The notes: generated by a model from the sequence alone, not told the origin. A stretch of 64,000 bases of DNA from Chthonomonas calidirosea (GCA_945859975.1 CAMAPH010000003.1:32001-96000), one strand, 5' to 3'; numbered from the stretch's first letter, positions 1 through 9,882 are shown. Program-made: numbers and translations.

Positions 1-31
1 AAGCCCTGGAATTTAGCGGCCAAAATATCAC

Positions 32-829
32 GTGCACCCTCCGCAGGACTTTGTATCACTTTCTCAGCAAGTAGGTCTTCCCGAGGCAAACCTCGTGATT
101 CTTGCAGAAGGCAACACCAGCATCCGAGCCGATGCCGCCAGTTTTTGGGTCAAAGCAAGTGGCCAATCCCTTCACGAGATCTCCGAGCGAGGATTCGTTC
201 AAGTTGCCTTTGAACCGATCCTGCGGGCACTTGACCAAAGGCTCCAGGACTCCGAGGTCAAGGCCCTCTTAGAAGAGGCTAGTCTGGCAAGAAATGGGGC
301 CAGACCATCGGTCGAAACCTTTATGCATGCGTGGCTGCTACAGCTTGCGAACGTCAATGTCGTCATCCACACGCACCCGACGGATTGCCTGGGCGACCTC
401 TGCCAGACAACTGCTCCAACATGGATCGAAGAGCGCATCTTTCCGGACGAAATTGTTTGCTGCGGGCGAAAAGCGGTGTGGGTGCCCTATGAAGATCCGG
501 GCCTGATCCTCGCAAAACGGATTGCGGAACGAGTGACGGCCTTTATCGAATCGGAAGGGGAAGTACCGAAAGTCATCGCACTCCAGAATCACGGAATCAT
601 CACGCTCGGCGAAACGGGAGCGCAAGCGATGGCTGCTACGCGAATGACAGTAAAGGCAGTAAGAGCGAGGCACCTAAGCGCCGCAATTTCTAAGCCATTG
701 TCAAAAACGGAGGTCGACCGGATTCACGTCCGGCCGGACGAGCACTACCGTCAACGAATGCTTTGGGGAGCTTCAGGCTTTCTTTCGTCGCCGAATGAAG
801 GCAGCCGCTCCGGCCAAGACCAACAATGA
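32..829 (+). CDS. Class II aldolase/adducin family protein (rhamnulose-1-phosphate aldolase-like N-terminal domain)
   Basis: Motifs EGNTS, WVKASG, RPSVETFMH, HTHP and LQNHGII are typical of class II aldolases. The 3' end overlaps the convergent gene by 57 nt. Confidence 0.85.
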   Translation: MHPPQDFVSLSQQVGLPEANLVILAEGNTSIRADAASFWVKASGQSLHEISERGFVQVAFEPILRALDQRLQDSEVKALLEEASLARNGARPSVETFMHAWLLQLANVNVVIHTHPTDCLGDLCQTTAPTWIEERIFPDEIVCCGRKAVWVPYEDPGLILAKRIAERVTAFIESEGEVPKVIALQNHGIITLGETGAQAMAATRMTVKAVRARHLSAAISKPLSKTEVDRIHVRPDEHYRQRMLWGASGFLSSPNEGSRSGQDQQ

Positions 830-1543
830 TGATGGTTCTGGAACTGGTGGTCGGTTACCACCGCCGCCACCTGGGCGGATGATCAATGGCGGAATAGCCA
901 AGATTCCGAGCCATGGAGAAAGTCCTGCGGCGGCGGCAACCGGAATGATGGGTGCTGCTGTTGGTTCGATCATCGATTCCGTGACGCTTGTCACTTCCTC
1001 CGCGGTCTCAATCGCCGGGAGATCCGGCGTGATCGCCGTATCGATGATGCTCATTTCCGGCTCAGTTGCCGATGCGTAAACTTCTTCTGGGGCGACCGTC
1101 GCAAGCTCGACAGGCTTAATTTCCGTCGTGATTCCGGCAGTAAGTCCTACGGGAGGAACAACCGCCATTGGGTTGCCACATGAACGCTTCAAGATGGGCT
1201 TGCCGGTTCGATCTACGAAGGCTAGGGTCCCTTTCTTGAAGAGGAGCTTTTTCTTCCCAACCTTCAGCTTCGAGTCAACGTTGTAGACCTCGTAGCGACG
1301 GGTGACCGGAAGGGGCTTTAGGGTAAGGCCGCTGAAGACTCGCTTCAACTGGTTCTTATCCATCATGAAGTGCTTTGAGAATCGCTTCGCGACCAAGGGA
1401 TCTTGGTCGACCTGCTTCAGCAACTCTTTAGTGGAGAAAACGGGCTTGTTAAGAAAAGCACCCTGTTCCATTTTCTGGGCGCTTGCCACTGTCGTCAAAC
1501 CTACGACAAGTATCCCAGCGATAAAAATATTGACCGTCTTCAA
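773..1543 (-). CDS. Secreted PEP-CTERM sorting-domain protein with a DUF6777-like motif
   Basis: TTG start and N-terminal signal peptide. C-terminus VPEPSSLLVLAGAAAFIRRRKKA is a PEP-CTERM motif. Internal GTLAFVDRTGKPILKRSCGNPM resembles the DUF6777 core. Confidence 0.8.
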   Translation of the reverse strand: MKTVNIFIAGILVVGLTTVASAQKMEQGAFLNKPVFSTKELLKQVDQDPLVAKRFSKHFMMDKNQLKRVFSGLTLKPLPVTRRYEVYNVDSKLKVGKKKLLFKKGTLAFVDRTGKPILKRSCGNPMAVVPPVGLTAGITTEIKPVELATVAPEEVYASATEPEMSIIDTAITPDLPAIETAEEVTSVTESMIEPTAAPIIPVAAAAGLSPWLGILAIPPLIIRPGGGGGNRPPVPEPSSLLVLAGAAAFIRRRKKA

Positions 1544-1623
1544 GCTAAAGCACCCACAACCAAGTTTCTCAACCCGTTGTGGAAACTATAGACCTGTTCT
1601 CAACCCCTTTCCGGTCGCACGTT

Positions 1624-2256
1624 TCAGGTACGACGTGTTTCCGGGACAAGCTCGAGCATCACGAACTGCTCTTCTTCAACCTCGATTGGCCGCACAAGCA
1701 CATCCCAACCTTCCTCGGGAACGGCGCTAAACCTTAACGAAATTGTTGAAGATTGGTTCTGGCTGAGTGCACCCGACATGGCCTCTCGCAAGGCATCCTG
1801 ATCGGTCGCGGCAACTTGCCACTCAAATGGATCGGTGAAAACAATTCCGGATTCCCGGTTGGTGTATCGCGGGAAACCTTCCGCATCCAGAACGACCACG
1901 CGGGTTTGCAAGTGCTGAAGTGCAATCAGGGCGAATCGCAACGTCTCTGATTCGCTTGGGTGCTGACGTCCGCTCAGCTCCAAAAGCAGGTGGTCTGTGA
2001 CTTCCCGAAGACACTCATTCAGTTCAGAAATCTCATCAATTGAGGCCTCAGCCTGCAACCGGACAACCTTGGCCACAACTTCGGTTCGGCTGGCCGCAGA
2101 ATATTTGCTCAGAATACGGCGCCAGTACGTACCAACCGTTTCGGGGCTCAGATTCAATCTGGCGGCGATTTCCTTGTCGGTCATGCCTTCGGCCGCAAGC
2201 AACAAGATTTGGTCTTGTCGGCTCTTACCTTGTTCTTGGATTGATTCCGGGTTCAT
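1624..2256 (-). CDS. LuxR-type HTH transcriptional regulator with a C-terminal PAS-like domain
   Basis: N-terminal AEGMTDKEIAARLNLSPETVGTYWRRILSKY is a LuxR HTH. VVVLDAEGFPRYTN is a PAS-like start. Confidence 0.8.
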   Translation of the reverse strand: MNPESIQEQGKSRQDQILLLAAEGMTDKEIAARLNLSPETVGTYWRRILSKYSAASRTEVVAKVVRLQAEASIDEISELNECLREVTDHLLLELSGRQHPSESETLRFALIALQHLQTRVVVLDAEGFPRYTNRESGIVFTDPFEWQVAATDQDALREAMSGALSQNQSSTISLRFSAVPEEGWDVLVRPIEVEEEQFVMLELVPETRRT

Positions 2257-2369
2257 AGCGCAGTCTCATTATGGACCTAATAGGAATTTTCTTTAAGCCA
2301 GCAATTTAGGCAAAAATCCGTCAATACCCAACAGTTCTGGCGCTTCGTGCCCTACAATTGAGTCCTGCT

Positions 2370-2717
2370 ATGAATAGCGTACAAATTTCGAGCCACAAGG
2401 ACGGTGGAATTGTCACGGTGTATTTGAGCGGCCAGGCCCTGGATGCTTCGAACGTGCAACGGTTCCGACACGACACGGCCACGATGTTTGACAGCGAGAA
2501 GTTCTTTGTCTTTGTGCTCAAAGATCTGAAGTTTGTTGACTCGTCCGGTATCGGCGCCCTTCTCTCCTGCTTGCGAAAAGCTCACGCCAACGGCGGAGAC
2601 GTAAAACTGGCAGAAGTGCCAGACAACGTTAAGAGCCTGTTTGAGCTTGTTCGAATGGACCGCTTGTTCGAGATCTTTCCAACCAAGGAAGATGCAGCCG
2701 TAACATTCCGCTCGTAA
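2370..2717 (+). CDS. STAS domain anti-sigma factor antagonist (RsbV/SpoIIAA-like)
   Basis: LKFVDSSGIGALL phospho-Ser motif and G-x-LD start. ATG at 2370 preferred over TTG at 2358. Confidence 0.9.
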   Translation: MNSVQISSHKDGGIVTVYLSGQALDASNVQRFRHDTATMFDSEKFFVFVLKDLKFVDSSGIGALLSCLRKAHANGGDVKLAEVPDNVKSLFELVRMDRLFEIFPTKEDAAVTFRS

Positions 2718-2724
2718 CGCCCGC

Positions 2725-4311
2725 ATGAAAATTCTCATTGCGGACGATGAGCAAGTCTCCCGCATGGTTCTGGACCGCACCTTGCGGGCCCTGGACTATG
2801 ACGTCGACGTAGCCGTCGATGGGCGCCAAGCTTGGGAGATGCTCGAGGCCCGGCATTACTCAATCGTCATTGCCGACTGGGTCATGCCAGAAGTTGACGG
2901 AATTGAGCTCTGCCAGCGAATTCGCCGTGCGAATGTCGAGGCGTACACCTACGTCATCCTTCTCACCTCAAAATTCGAAAAGACCGATCGACTTACCGGC
3001 CTCACCGCCGGTGCGGACGACTTCATCACGAAACCGTTTGATCGCGCGGAGCTCAGCGCGCGCCTCGGCGTTGCGCGGAGAATCTTGCGGATGGAAACCG
3101 AGCTTCGGGATGCCAAACAGCGCATCGAGGAAAAGCGCCGGCAAGAAATCGAAATTGGCGCGAATATTCAGCGTTCGTTGCTGATGGCGCGTCCGCCCGA
3201 AGGCGCGACGGCTTTTGAGTTTGCCGCCATGAACTTGCCTTCAACCGCGATTGATGGCGACTTCTTCGACTTCTTTGTTCACCGCTCGACAGTCGTCGAT
3301 GTCTTCGTTGGCGACGCAATGGGCAAAGGTATTCTTGCCGCCCTCATCGGTGCTGGAACCAAGAACACCCTCCTGCGTAGCATCAGCCGACTACTTTCAG
3401 ATACAGGCAACGGCCGGTTGCCATCCCCTCGAGACGTTGTTCAGACCGCGCACAGCACCCTTGCTCGGGAGCTCATCCGACTTAACGCGTTTGTGACGCT
3501 CGAATACGCTCGGCTTGATAGCGAAAAGAAGATTGCCACCTTCGTCGACTGCGGACACACCAAAGTCTTGCACTGGGTTGCAAAGGACCAGAAGACCCAC
3601 GAGCTAAGCGGCGGCAACTTCCCCATCGGCTTTGTTCCCGAGGAAACCTACGGCCAGTTCGAAGTTCCCTTTGAAGATGGCGATGTCTTCTGCTTCTATT
3701 CCGATGGCGTGACGGACGCTCGGGCCAGCGACGGCGATTTCTTCGGCTCGGACAGACTCGTAGAATTGCTTGGCAAGCACGCTCATGAAAGCCCCAGCGA
3801 GCTTATGTATCGACTTCGCGAAGCCATTCGAAGTCACACATCTGACCTCGACTTGGACGACGACTTCACCGTCGTGATTGTTCGCGTTGGTTCACCCGCC
3901 GAGCCGTGGGAATCCACCCAGCGAGGCTTCCGTAGCGACCTCAGTTCGCTCACGGAAATGCGGCAGTTTGTGGGCTTCGTCGGACTCGACTGCAATTTGG
4001 ACGCGAAGGAGATCGATGAGCTGCAGCTTGCGACGCACGAGGCGCTTACGAACGTCATCATGCACGCGCACGAAAATTCCGGGCACGAAGTGATCGACAT
4101 CGAAGCTGAGCGTCTTAACAACGGCATCAGGGTTCGAATCGTTTACACCGGAGAAGGTTTTGCCCCGGGCGAAGTGGACGAGCCGTCCATGAACATCTAT
4201 CGAGAAGGTGGTTGGGGACTCTTCATCATCCAGCGCTGCGTAGATAAGGTGAGCTACGGAACCTCTCGGCCCGGCGTCAACTACATCGAGCTTGTCAAGC
4301 TCACTCCGTAG
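2725..4311 (+). CDS. Receiver + SpoIIE/PP2C phosphatase + RsbW-type HATPase fusion protein
   Basis: REC domain (IADDE, DWVMP, KPFD); PP2C motifs GDFFD, GDAMGKG, YSDGVTD and DDFT; C-terminal EALTNVIMHA and EGGWGLFII of anti-sigma kinases. Confidence 0.9.
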   Translation: MKILIADDEQVSRMVLDRTLRALDYDVDVAVDGRQAWEMLEARHYSIVIADWVMPEVDGIELCQRIRRANVEAYTYVILLTSKFEKTDRLTGLTAGADDFITKPFDRAELSARLGVARRILRMETELRDAKQRIEEKRRQEIEIGANIQRSLLMARPPEGATAFEFAAMNLPSTAIDGDFFDFFVHRSTVVDVFVGDAMGKGILAALIGAGTKNTLLRSISRLLSDTGNGRLPSPRDVVQTAHSTLARELIRLNAFVTLEYARLDSEKKIATFVDCGHTKVLHWVAKDQKTHELSGGNFPIGFVPEETYGQFEVPFEDGDVFCFYSDGVTDARASDGDFFGSDRLVELLGKHAHESPSELMYRLREAIRSHTSDLDLDDDFTVVIVRVGSPAEPWESTQRGFRSDLSSLTEMRQFVGFVGLDCNLDAKEIDELQLATHEALTNVIMHAHENSGHEVIDIEAERLNNGIRVRIVYTGEGFAPGEVDEPSMNIYREGGWGLFIIQRCVDKVSYGTSRPGVNYIELVKLTP

Positions 4312-4391
4312 TTCTTCGGCGTTAGGATACGCACCCGGACGCGCTAAACTATAAAGGTCGGTTGGCTCTCAACTGACCTTCCACTGCTCCG

Positions 4392-6245
4392 ATGGGTTAT
4401 CACCTTTTTGACGGCGACGACATGGTCGTGCCGGGTCAAGCCGCCCCCATCGTCCTACGGGACTATCAAGAAAAAGCCCGTGCTGCGGTGCTCGCCGCTC
4501 GAGATCGTGGACTGCACCGAATCATGGTGGTCATGCCCACCGGTACTGGCAAGACGACCCTCTTCGCGTCCTTGATCGACGAGTTCGATCGAACGTACAA
4601 ACAGACTTCCCTTGTGGTCGCACACCGGCAAGAGCTACTCCAGCAGGCCGCCAAGCGAATCATCGCGATGGCCCCGCGCCTTCCTCTGGGTATCGAGGGT
4701 GGAGATGCGAAAGCGCCCTTCGAAAGTCGAGTGGTTGTTGCCGGCGTACAAACCGTCGGTCGCCCTCTCACCGACCGCCTCAACTGGTTCAAGCCCGGAT
4801 TGCTGATAATGGACGAAGGGCACCACGCCCCGGCTGATACCTGGCAAAACGTCATGCGTCGGTTCGGCTCCTACTCGGGGGACTGTTTCACCCTTGCCGT
4901 AACCGCAACCGACCACCGAATGGACAACCGCCCGCTTCACGGCAGCGAGTCGGCCATTTTTGAGGACGTTGTGTTTCGGTATCCGTTGCGTCAGGCGGTG
5001 GCGGACGGGTGGCTCGTTGATCTTCGTGGCTTTCGGGTTGCGACCGGCGTCGATCTCAGCGGAGTGAAGACCCAATTGGGCGACTATAACACCGCCCAGC
5101 TTGCCCGTGCGGTCAACGTTGAAAAGCGAAACTGGATCGCGTTTCAACACTGGGCAGAGATCGCGAGTGACCGCCGGACCATCGTGTTTTGCGTAGACGT
5201 TGCGCATGCTACTGATGTTGCTGAGCTGTTCCGCAGCCAGGGCTTCGCCGCTGAAAGTGTTGACGGCACGATGAAGCCTGAGCATCGCGAGGCGATCATG
5301 CATCGCTTCCAAACCGGCAGAACCCAGGTGCTGGTGAACGTGGAAGTGGCCACGGAAGGATATGACGCACCGGAAGCCAGCTGCGTATTGATGCTGCGCC
5401 CAACGCAGAGCTGGGCCCTTTACACTCAGATGGCCGGTCGCGGCGTGCGAACGCTCGCCCGGACCGTCGATGGCTTATCCACGCCGTTTGAGCGTCTAGA
5501 AGCCATTCGGCAATCCGGCAAACCCGACTGCTATGTCATTGATGTCGTTGACGTCAGTACCCAGTTCAGCCTCACTAGCCCGCCGGAGGATGAAGACATG
5601 CCGAAGAAGGCACCTGCCCCGGCAAGCGCAGCGGGGCTTGTCGGCTTACCGCCAGATTTTGACCTGCAAGGGCACAGTCTGTTTGAAGCCGCCGAATGGG
5701 TGGACGAACTTGAGCCAAGACAGCGCGCCGAAATGTTCCGGCGACCAATGTCTTTTGATGATCTCAGCACCGTCCTCAGCGAAGTTGACCTGCTTCGGGA
5801 ACTCAGCATTCCCGAAGAAATCCTTGGCGTCAGTCGACTGGCTTGGATGAAGACCGGTGAGAACGAGTACTTCCTCCCTTGCGGCCCCAGTCGGCTTGAC
5901 GGCGATCGCCGCGCCAGAATTTTGATCGACGAACTTGGCCGCTATAACCTAAGCCTCGAATCGGACCAAATGGGCTATGGCCAAATGCCACTCGGTGACG
6001 ACCTTCAGGCTGCCTTTGATGAGGCTGACCGACTGATTCACATGACCTTCCCCGATTGCGGAGAGATCGTAAAGGCGAATGCTGCCTGGAGAGATGAGCC
6101 ACCGACCGCAAGCCAGCGAGAAACCCTCCGTCGCCTTGGCGCTGACCCTGAAATAATCGGGACCGTGCAAACGCGTGGACAAGCCAGAGCTTTGATCGAA
6201 TCGTTTAAACTTGGACGCGTCAGGCGACGACGAACGGGAAGATAG
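4392..6245 (+). CDS. Superfamily II DNA helicase (Irc3/ResIII-like)
   Basis: LRDYQ, PTGTGKT, DEGHH, TAT, EGYDAP and QMAGRGVR helicase motifs, plus the Irc3-like C-terminal WRDEPPTASQ...TRGQA. Confidence 0.9.
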   Translation: MGYHLFDGDDMVVPGQAAPIVLRDYQEKARAAVLAARDRGLHRIMVVMPTGTGKTTLFASLIDEFDRTYKQTSLVVAHRQELLQQAAKRIIAMAPRLPLGIEGGDAKAPFESRVVVAGVQTVGRPLTDRLNWFKPGLLIMDEGHHAPADTWQNVMRRFGSYSGDCFTLAVTATDHRMDNRPLHGSESAIFEDVVFRYPLRQAVADGWLVDLRGFRVATGVDLSGVKTQLGDYNTAQLARAVNVEKRNWIAFQHWAEIASDRRTIVFCVDVAHATDVAELFRSQGFAAESVDGTMKPEHREAIMHRFQTGRTQVLVNVEVATEGYDAPEASCVLMLRPTQSWALYTQMAGRGVRTLARTVDGLSTPFERLEAIRQSGKPDCYVIDVVDVSTQFSLTSPPEDEDMPKKAPAPASAAGLVGLPPDFDLQGHSLFEAAEWVDELEPRQRAEMFRRPMSFDDLSTVLSEVDLLRELSIPEEILGVSRLAWMKTGENEYFLPCGPSRLDGDRRARILIDELGRYNLSLESDQMGYGQMPLGDDLQAAFDEADRLIHMTFPDCGEIVKANAAWRDEPPTASQRETLRRLGADPEIIGTVQTRGQARALIESFKLGRVRRRRTGR

Positions 6246-6247
6246 CA

Positions 6248-7147
6248 ATGAACGCACCTTGGCTCGGCGACTTTCCCATCGATCTCGAAACCGCTCGCGC
6301 GGTCATACAGAGCCAGTTCCCTCAACCTGCACAGCAGTCGATTCGGTTTCTTGGCTCCGGCTGGGACAATCAGGCTTTTCTAGTTGACGAGATTGGGGTG
6401 TTTCGGTTTCCTCACCGTCAGTTGGCCGTCGAACTCATCAAAAAGGAATGTCGATGGCTGCCGGCGTTGGCGAAGCAACTGCCCTTGCCAACCAGCACGC
6501 CAACATGGATTGGTGAGCCAAGCGAACTGTTTCCGTTTCCGTTTGCGGGGTCACCATTTATTCCGGGTGAATCTCTCGATCGGGCTTTGTACGCAGAAGA
6601 GCGGCTTGTCCACCGCATTGGTGACTTTTTGCGGAAGCTTCACGAGGTTCCAATCCATGGCGACGCAATATTGGATGATCTCCAGAAAGCCGACATTCCG
6701 TTTCGGATCGAGCTACTGCGTAAACAGGTTTCCTTAGGTGGGTTCAATTCCGAAGACGAGCTCGCAATAGAACGCGCTTTTGAGGCGGCTCTAAATACAC
6801 GATCCGCCATGCACCGAACTTGGGTTCACGGTGACCTGTACCCTCGACATGTGATTGTTCAGTCGGATGGGGAGGTATCGGGAATCATCGACTGGGGTGA
6901 TTTGCACGTCGGCGATCCGGCCCTGGATGTGTCGATCGTTTTTGCCTTGCTTAACCCAATCGATCAAGAGCCCTTCTGGAGTGCGTACGGAAACGCTGAT
7001 CCAGACCTCAGAATTCGCGCCGCCTTTCGCGCGTTACATTACGGAATCGTCCTTCGATCTTTCGGCCGGGAAGCATCCGACGAAGCCATCGCTCGAACGG
7101 CGGACCGTTATCTACGGTCCGCCCTTAAGTTCTTCGAAAGGTATTAG
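6248..7147 (+). CDS. Aminoglycoside phosphotransferase (APH)-family kinase
   Basis: GSGWDN, FRFP, HGDLYPRHV, IIDWGD and GDPALD motifs. Confidence 0.88.
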   Translation: MNAPWLGDFPIDLETARAVIQSQFPQPAQQSIRFLGSGWDNQAFLVDEIGVFRFPHRQLAVELIKKECRWLPALAKQLPLPTSTPTWIGEPSELFPFPFAGSPFIPGESLDRALYAEERLVHRIGDFLRKLHEVPIHGDAILDDLQKADIPFRIELLRKQVSLGGFNSEDELAIERAFEAALNTRSAMHRTWVHGDLYPRHVIVQSDGEVSGIIDWGDLHVGDPALDVSIVFALLNPIDQEPFWSAYGNADPDLRIRAAFRALHYGIVLRSFGREASDEAIARTADRYLRSALKFFERY

Positions 7148-7875
7148 GCGTTTTCGAATCGGTTATCGGCCTGATCCGTTCCACGCGCCAGCCAGATTTT
7201 GTGACCCGCGTTTCTCGGCGAATCGTGATAAACCTGCGACGTGAGCGGGAAATACCGCATGGTGTAGCCCGCGCGGCGATTAGGCGAGGTGTTCGCCTTC
7301 GCGCCGTGGATAATCCGCCCCTCGTGCAAGCTGCACTCGTTCGGTTCAAGGCTGAAGTAGACCGCCTTATCCTCATCCACGTTCACGATCTCGGTATCAA
7401 AGATGTTTGCGGTCGCATCGACTGGCTTGTACTCGCTAAAGCCGTTGGAGTGCGATCCTGGGATCACCGCCATGCTGCCGTTCTCGGGAGTGGCGCGATC
7501 GATTGCTAACCACACGGTGCAGATGCCCGCCATCGTCGAAACCCGGCCTTCCCAGTAGCTGCTGTCTTCATGCCACGGCGTCGCCTTTCCGACCAGCGGT
7601 GCCTTCGAAATCAGGTGCGAAGCCCACAAGCCGATGTTGGGCCCGATAAGGCTCTCGACGATGTCCAGCACTTCATCGGCCATGAGGAACTCAAGCAGCC
7701 GCTCATCGCGAGTGTGGATCATGTCGAGCTGTCCTTCTGTGAACCGCACCAAGTCCTCTTCGAAGATTCCCTTCAACTCGGCGAACTTTTCATCCGAAAA
7801 TACTGGTTGCTTGAACAAGTAGTAACCCTGTTCCGCATACTGCGCCGCCGCCTCGCTACCAAGCCTCATTGCCAT
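7144..7875 (-). CDS. Phytanoyl-CoA dioxygenase family Fe(II)/2OG enzyme
   Basis: WHED, TVWLAID, ENG and HG-x-x-x-N-x-S-x-x-R-R motifs. Confidence 0.9.
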   Translation of the reverse strand: MAMRLGSEAAAQYAEQGYYLFKQPVFSDEKFAELKGIFEEDLVRFTEGQLDMIHTRDERLLEFLMADEVLDIVESLIGPNIGLWASHLISKAPLVGKATPWHEDSSYWEGRVSTMAGICTVWLAIDRATPENGSMAVIPGSHSNGFSEYKPVDATANIFDTEIVNVDEDKAVYFSLEPNECSLHEGRIIHGAKANTSPNRRAGYTMRYFPLTSQVYHDSPRNAGHKIWLARGTDQADNRFENA

Positions 7876-7917
7876 ACCCCTAGTATGCCAAGGTCGCCCG
7901 ACTCTCGCAAGCGATCT

Positions 7918-8739
7918 TCAGGCAAATACCAACGCGGTTTGTCCCCAGCGCCAGGTGACCTCGTTGAGCGATGCAAGCTCAAAAGGCGCAGTCGGCAATT
8001 CTGGCAAAACGGTTGCGCCTAAGCTGGCCCAGCAATAGCCGCTGAATCCACCGAACGAAGGCACCACCGCTTGGTACCAGCCGGTGAGCGGAAACACCGC
8101 ATCGAATTGGCCGCGAATCTCTTCGAGGGAGTACGGGCAAAAGACCAAGTTGTCCGCCTGGGTGACCACAAATCCCTCGGGCGACAACAACCGCTTCACA
8201 TCGGCATAGAAAGTAGAAGTGAAGAGCATCTCGCTGAGATTCCCTTCCTCCCCTTCATAAACGTCCGTAGAATCCGAAACGATCAACTGGTACGGCTCAA
8301 GATCTTGCTTAACGAACTCGAATGCATCGCCAACGTGAAGATGAACTCGCGGATCGTCAAAGGCTCCCGCGCTAACGGTAGGCAAATGCTCTCGGCAAGC
8401 ATTCACGACGCCCGCGTCGATCTCGACCATGTCAATTCGCTCGATGCCGGGATATCGGCACAGTTCGCGAATGACACCGCCGTCCCCACCGCCAATGACC
8501 AGTGCCCGCTTCAGCGACGGAACAGAAAGTCCGCAAACGTGAACGAGCGACTCATGATAAGCCCGCTCATCCATCTCCGTCAGCTGAATATGCCCGTCTA
8601 ACAACAGAGCCCGGCCAAAGACCTCGGTGTCATAGATGTCGATGGTTTGGAACTCGGTCACCGAATGGTGAAGGTGCTCGTTCACCCGAACATTCATCGA
8701 CAACTTGTCACCGCGAATCGGCATCGTAAAGTGGGTCAC
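7918..8739 (-). CDS. speE: Spermidine synthase (polyamine aminopropyltransferase)
   Basis: FGRALLLDG, YHESLVH, LVIGGGDGG, VEID and SDSTD motifs. Start trimmed to GTG 8739 (uncertain). Confidence 0.9.
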   Translation of the reverse strand: MTHFTMPIRGDKLSMNVRVNEHLHHSVTEFQTIDIYDTEVFGRALLLDGHIQLTEMDERAYHESLVHVCGLSVPSLKRALVIGGGDGGVIRELCRYPGIERIDMVEIDAGVVNACREHLPTVSAGAFDDPRVHLHVGDAFEFVKQDLEPYQLIVSDSTDVYEGEEGNLSEMLFTSTFYADVKRLLSPEGFVVTQADNLVFCPYSLEEIRGQFDAVFPLTGWYQAVVPSFGGFSGYCWASLGATVLPELPTAPFELASLNEVTWRWGQTALVFA

Positions 8740-8816
8740 CGCAATAGTGAACCCAACCGGATCGCATTTCTCGAAACATTTCGAAAAAATCGGAACCCAA
8801 ACTGCCTCACTCATGT

Positions 8817-8836
8817 ATAGTTGTTATGTCAACTAT
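8817..8836. promoter_or_regulatory. Palindromic operator candidate ATAGTTG-N6-CAACTAT between speE and the YceI gene
   Basis: Perfect 7-bp inverted repeat in an AT-rich divergent intergenic region. Confidence 0.5.
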
Positions 8837-8879
8837 CTCAGGCATGTCCAGTGCGACGTGACCCTGGGGGAGAGAGAAT

Positions 8880-9482
8880 ATGAACAACCGACTAACCCTC
8901 GCCGCATCTTTGCTCGCATTGTCTGCTTTCGGCTTTGCCGCCGAAAAGACCTTCACCGTCGTTGGCGATCGACTCGAATATCGAAACCTCGCCACCGTCG
9001 TGAGCGAATCCGAATTCGAAGCCTTTACAGGAAAGACCACCAAGGTCTCGGGCAGCCTGACCTTTGATATGGCCAAAAAGACCGGCAGCGGAACCATCAT
9101 GGTCGACGTCGCCAGCATTCAGACCGGCATCCCAACCCGAGACGAGCACATGCGAAGCGCACAGTGGCTCGACGCGGAGAAGTTTCCATCCATCAAGTTC
9201 GAAACCAAGTCGGTCAAGTCGGCTGGTGGAGACAAGTACCGCGTAACCGGAAACCTGACCCTCCACGGCGTCACCAAAACCATCACCGTCAACGCAACCG
9301 TTAAGTACCGAGCCGCTAGCCCAGCCGTTAAAGCCGCTGGATTCGACGGCGACGTTGTGCAGATCGCAACGAAGTTTGACATCAAGCTCAGCGACTACGG
9401 CGTGACAATTCCTGCACCTGCGCAGGGCAAGGTCTCGAACGAAGTCACGCTGGGTATCAGCGCCTATGCAACGGCCAAGTAA
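8880..9482 (+). CDS. YceI family lipid/polyisoprenoid-binding periplasmic protein
   Basis: Signal peptide; TGIPTRDEHMRS-x-x-WLDAEKFPSIKF, GNLTLHGVTK and SDYGV motifs. Confidence 0.92.
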   Translation: MNNRLTLAASLLALSAFGFAAEKTFTVVGDRLEYRNLATVVSESEFEAFTGKTTKVSGSLTFDMAKKTGSGTIMVDVASIQTGIPTRDEHMRSAQWLDAEKFPSIKFETKSVKSAGGDKYRVTGNLTLHGVTKTITVNATVKYRAASPAVKAAGFDGDVVQIATKFDIKLSDYGVTIPAPAQGKVSNEVTLGISAYATAK

Positions 9483-9882
9483 GTTCCTTCGACCCGTTGC
9501 CATCTTCCTGCTTGTCGTCGGGGCCCTCGGCCTCGGCGCAAGCATTCCGGTGATGAGCAGCTACGAAGGAAAGGCTGCCTTGGCTCAGCGAGTTGAGAAG
9601 GACACCGCAGGCGATCTCTTTGGCGATGCTTACCGCAACGTCGGCGAGCCGCAGGAGTACGTCATCGAAGATCAGAAGGCTTACATTGAGCCTGCCGAAG
9701 ACGGCACGAAGCGCATCAGCGAGGACTACCTGAAGGAAAAGGGAATCTATCCCACTCAGCTCAGATCCGTTCGCGCGGTTGTGAACTACGCCCGAATCGG
9801 CTTCGGAATCACCTTCCTTCTCGGACTTGCCGTGTTCGCATTCGCCGCAAAACGGTCCATTCCGCCGCAAAGCGCCGCCTAG
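9466..9882 (+). CDS. Hypothetical membrane protein (two TM segments)
   Basis: Overlaps the YceI stop; hydrophobic segments at both termini. Confidence 0.7.
   Translation: MQRPSKFLRPVAIFLLVVGALGLGASIPVMSSYEGKAALAQRVEKDTAGDLFGDAYRNVGEPQEYVIEDQKAYIEPAEDGTKRISEDYLKEKGIYPTQLRSVRAVVNYARIGFGITFLLGLAVFAFAAKRSIPPQSAA

Noticed and set aside
6248..7147. APH kinase and the serine hydrolase (33037-34488) as antibiotic resistance genes
   Set aside because: Only fold-level motifs are present; these families are mostly non-resistance enzymes and there is no mobile context.
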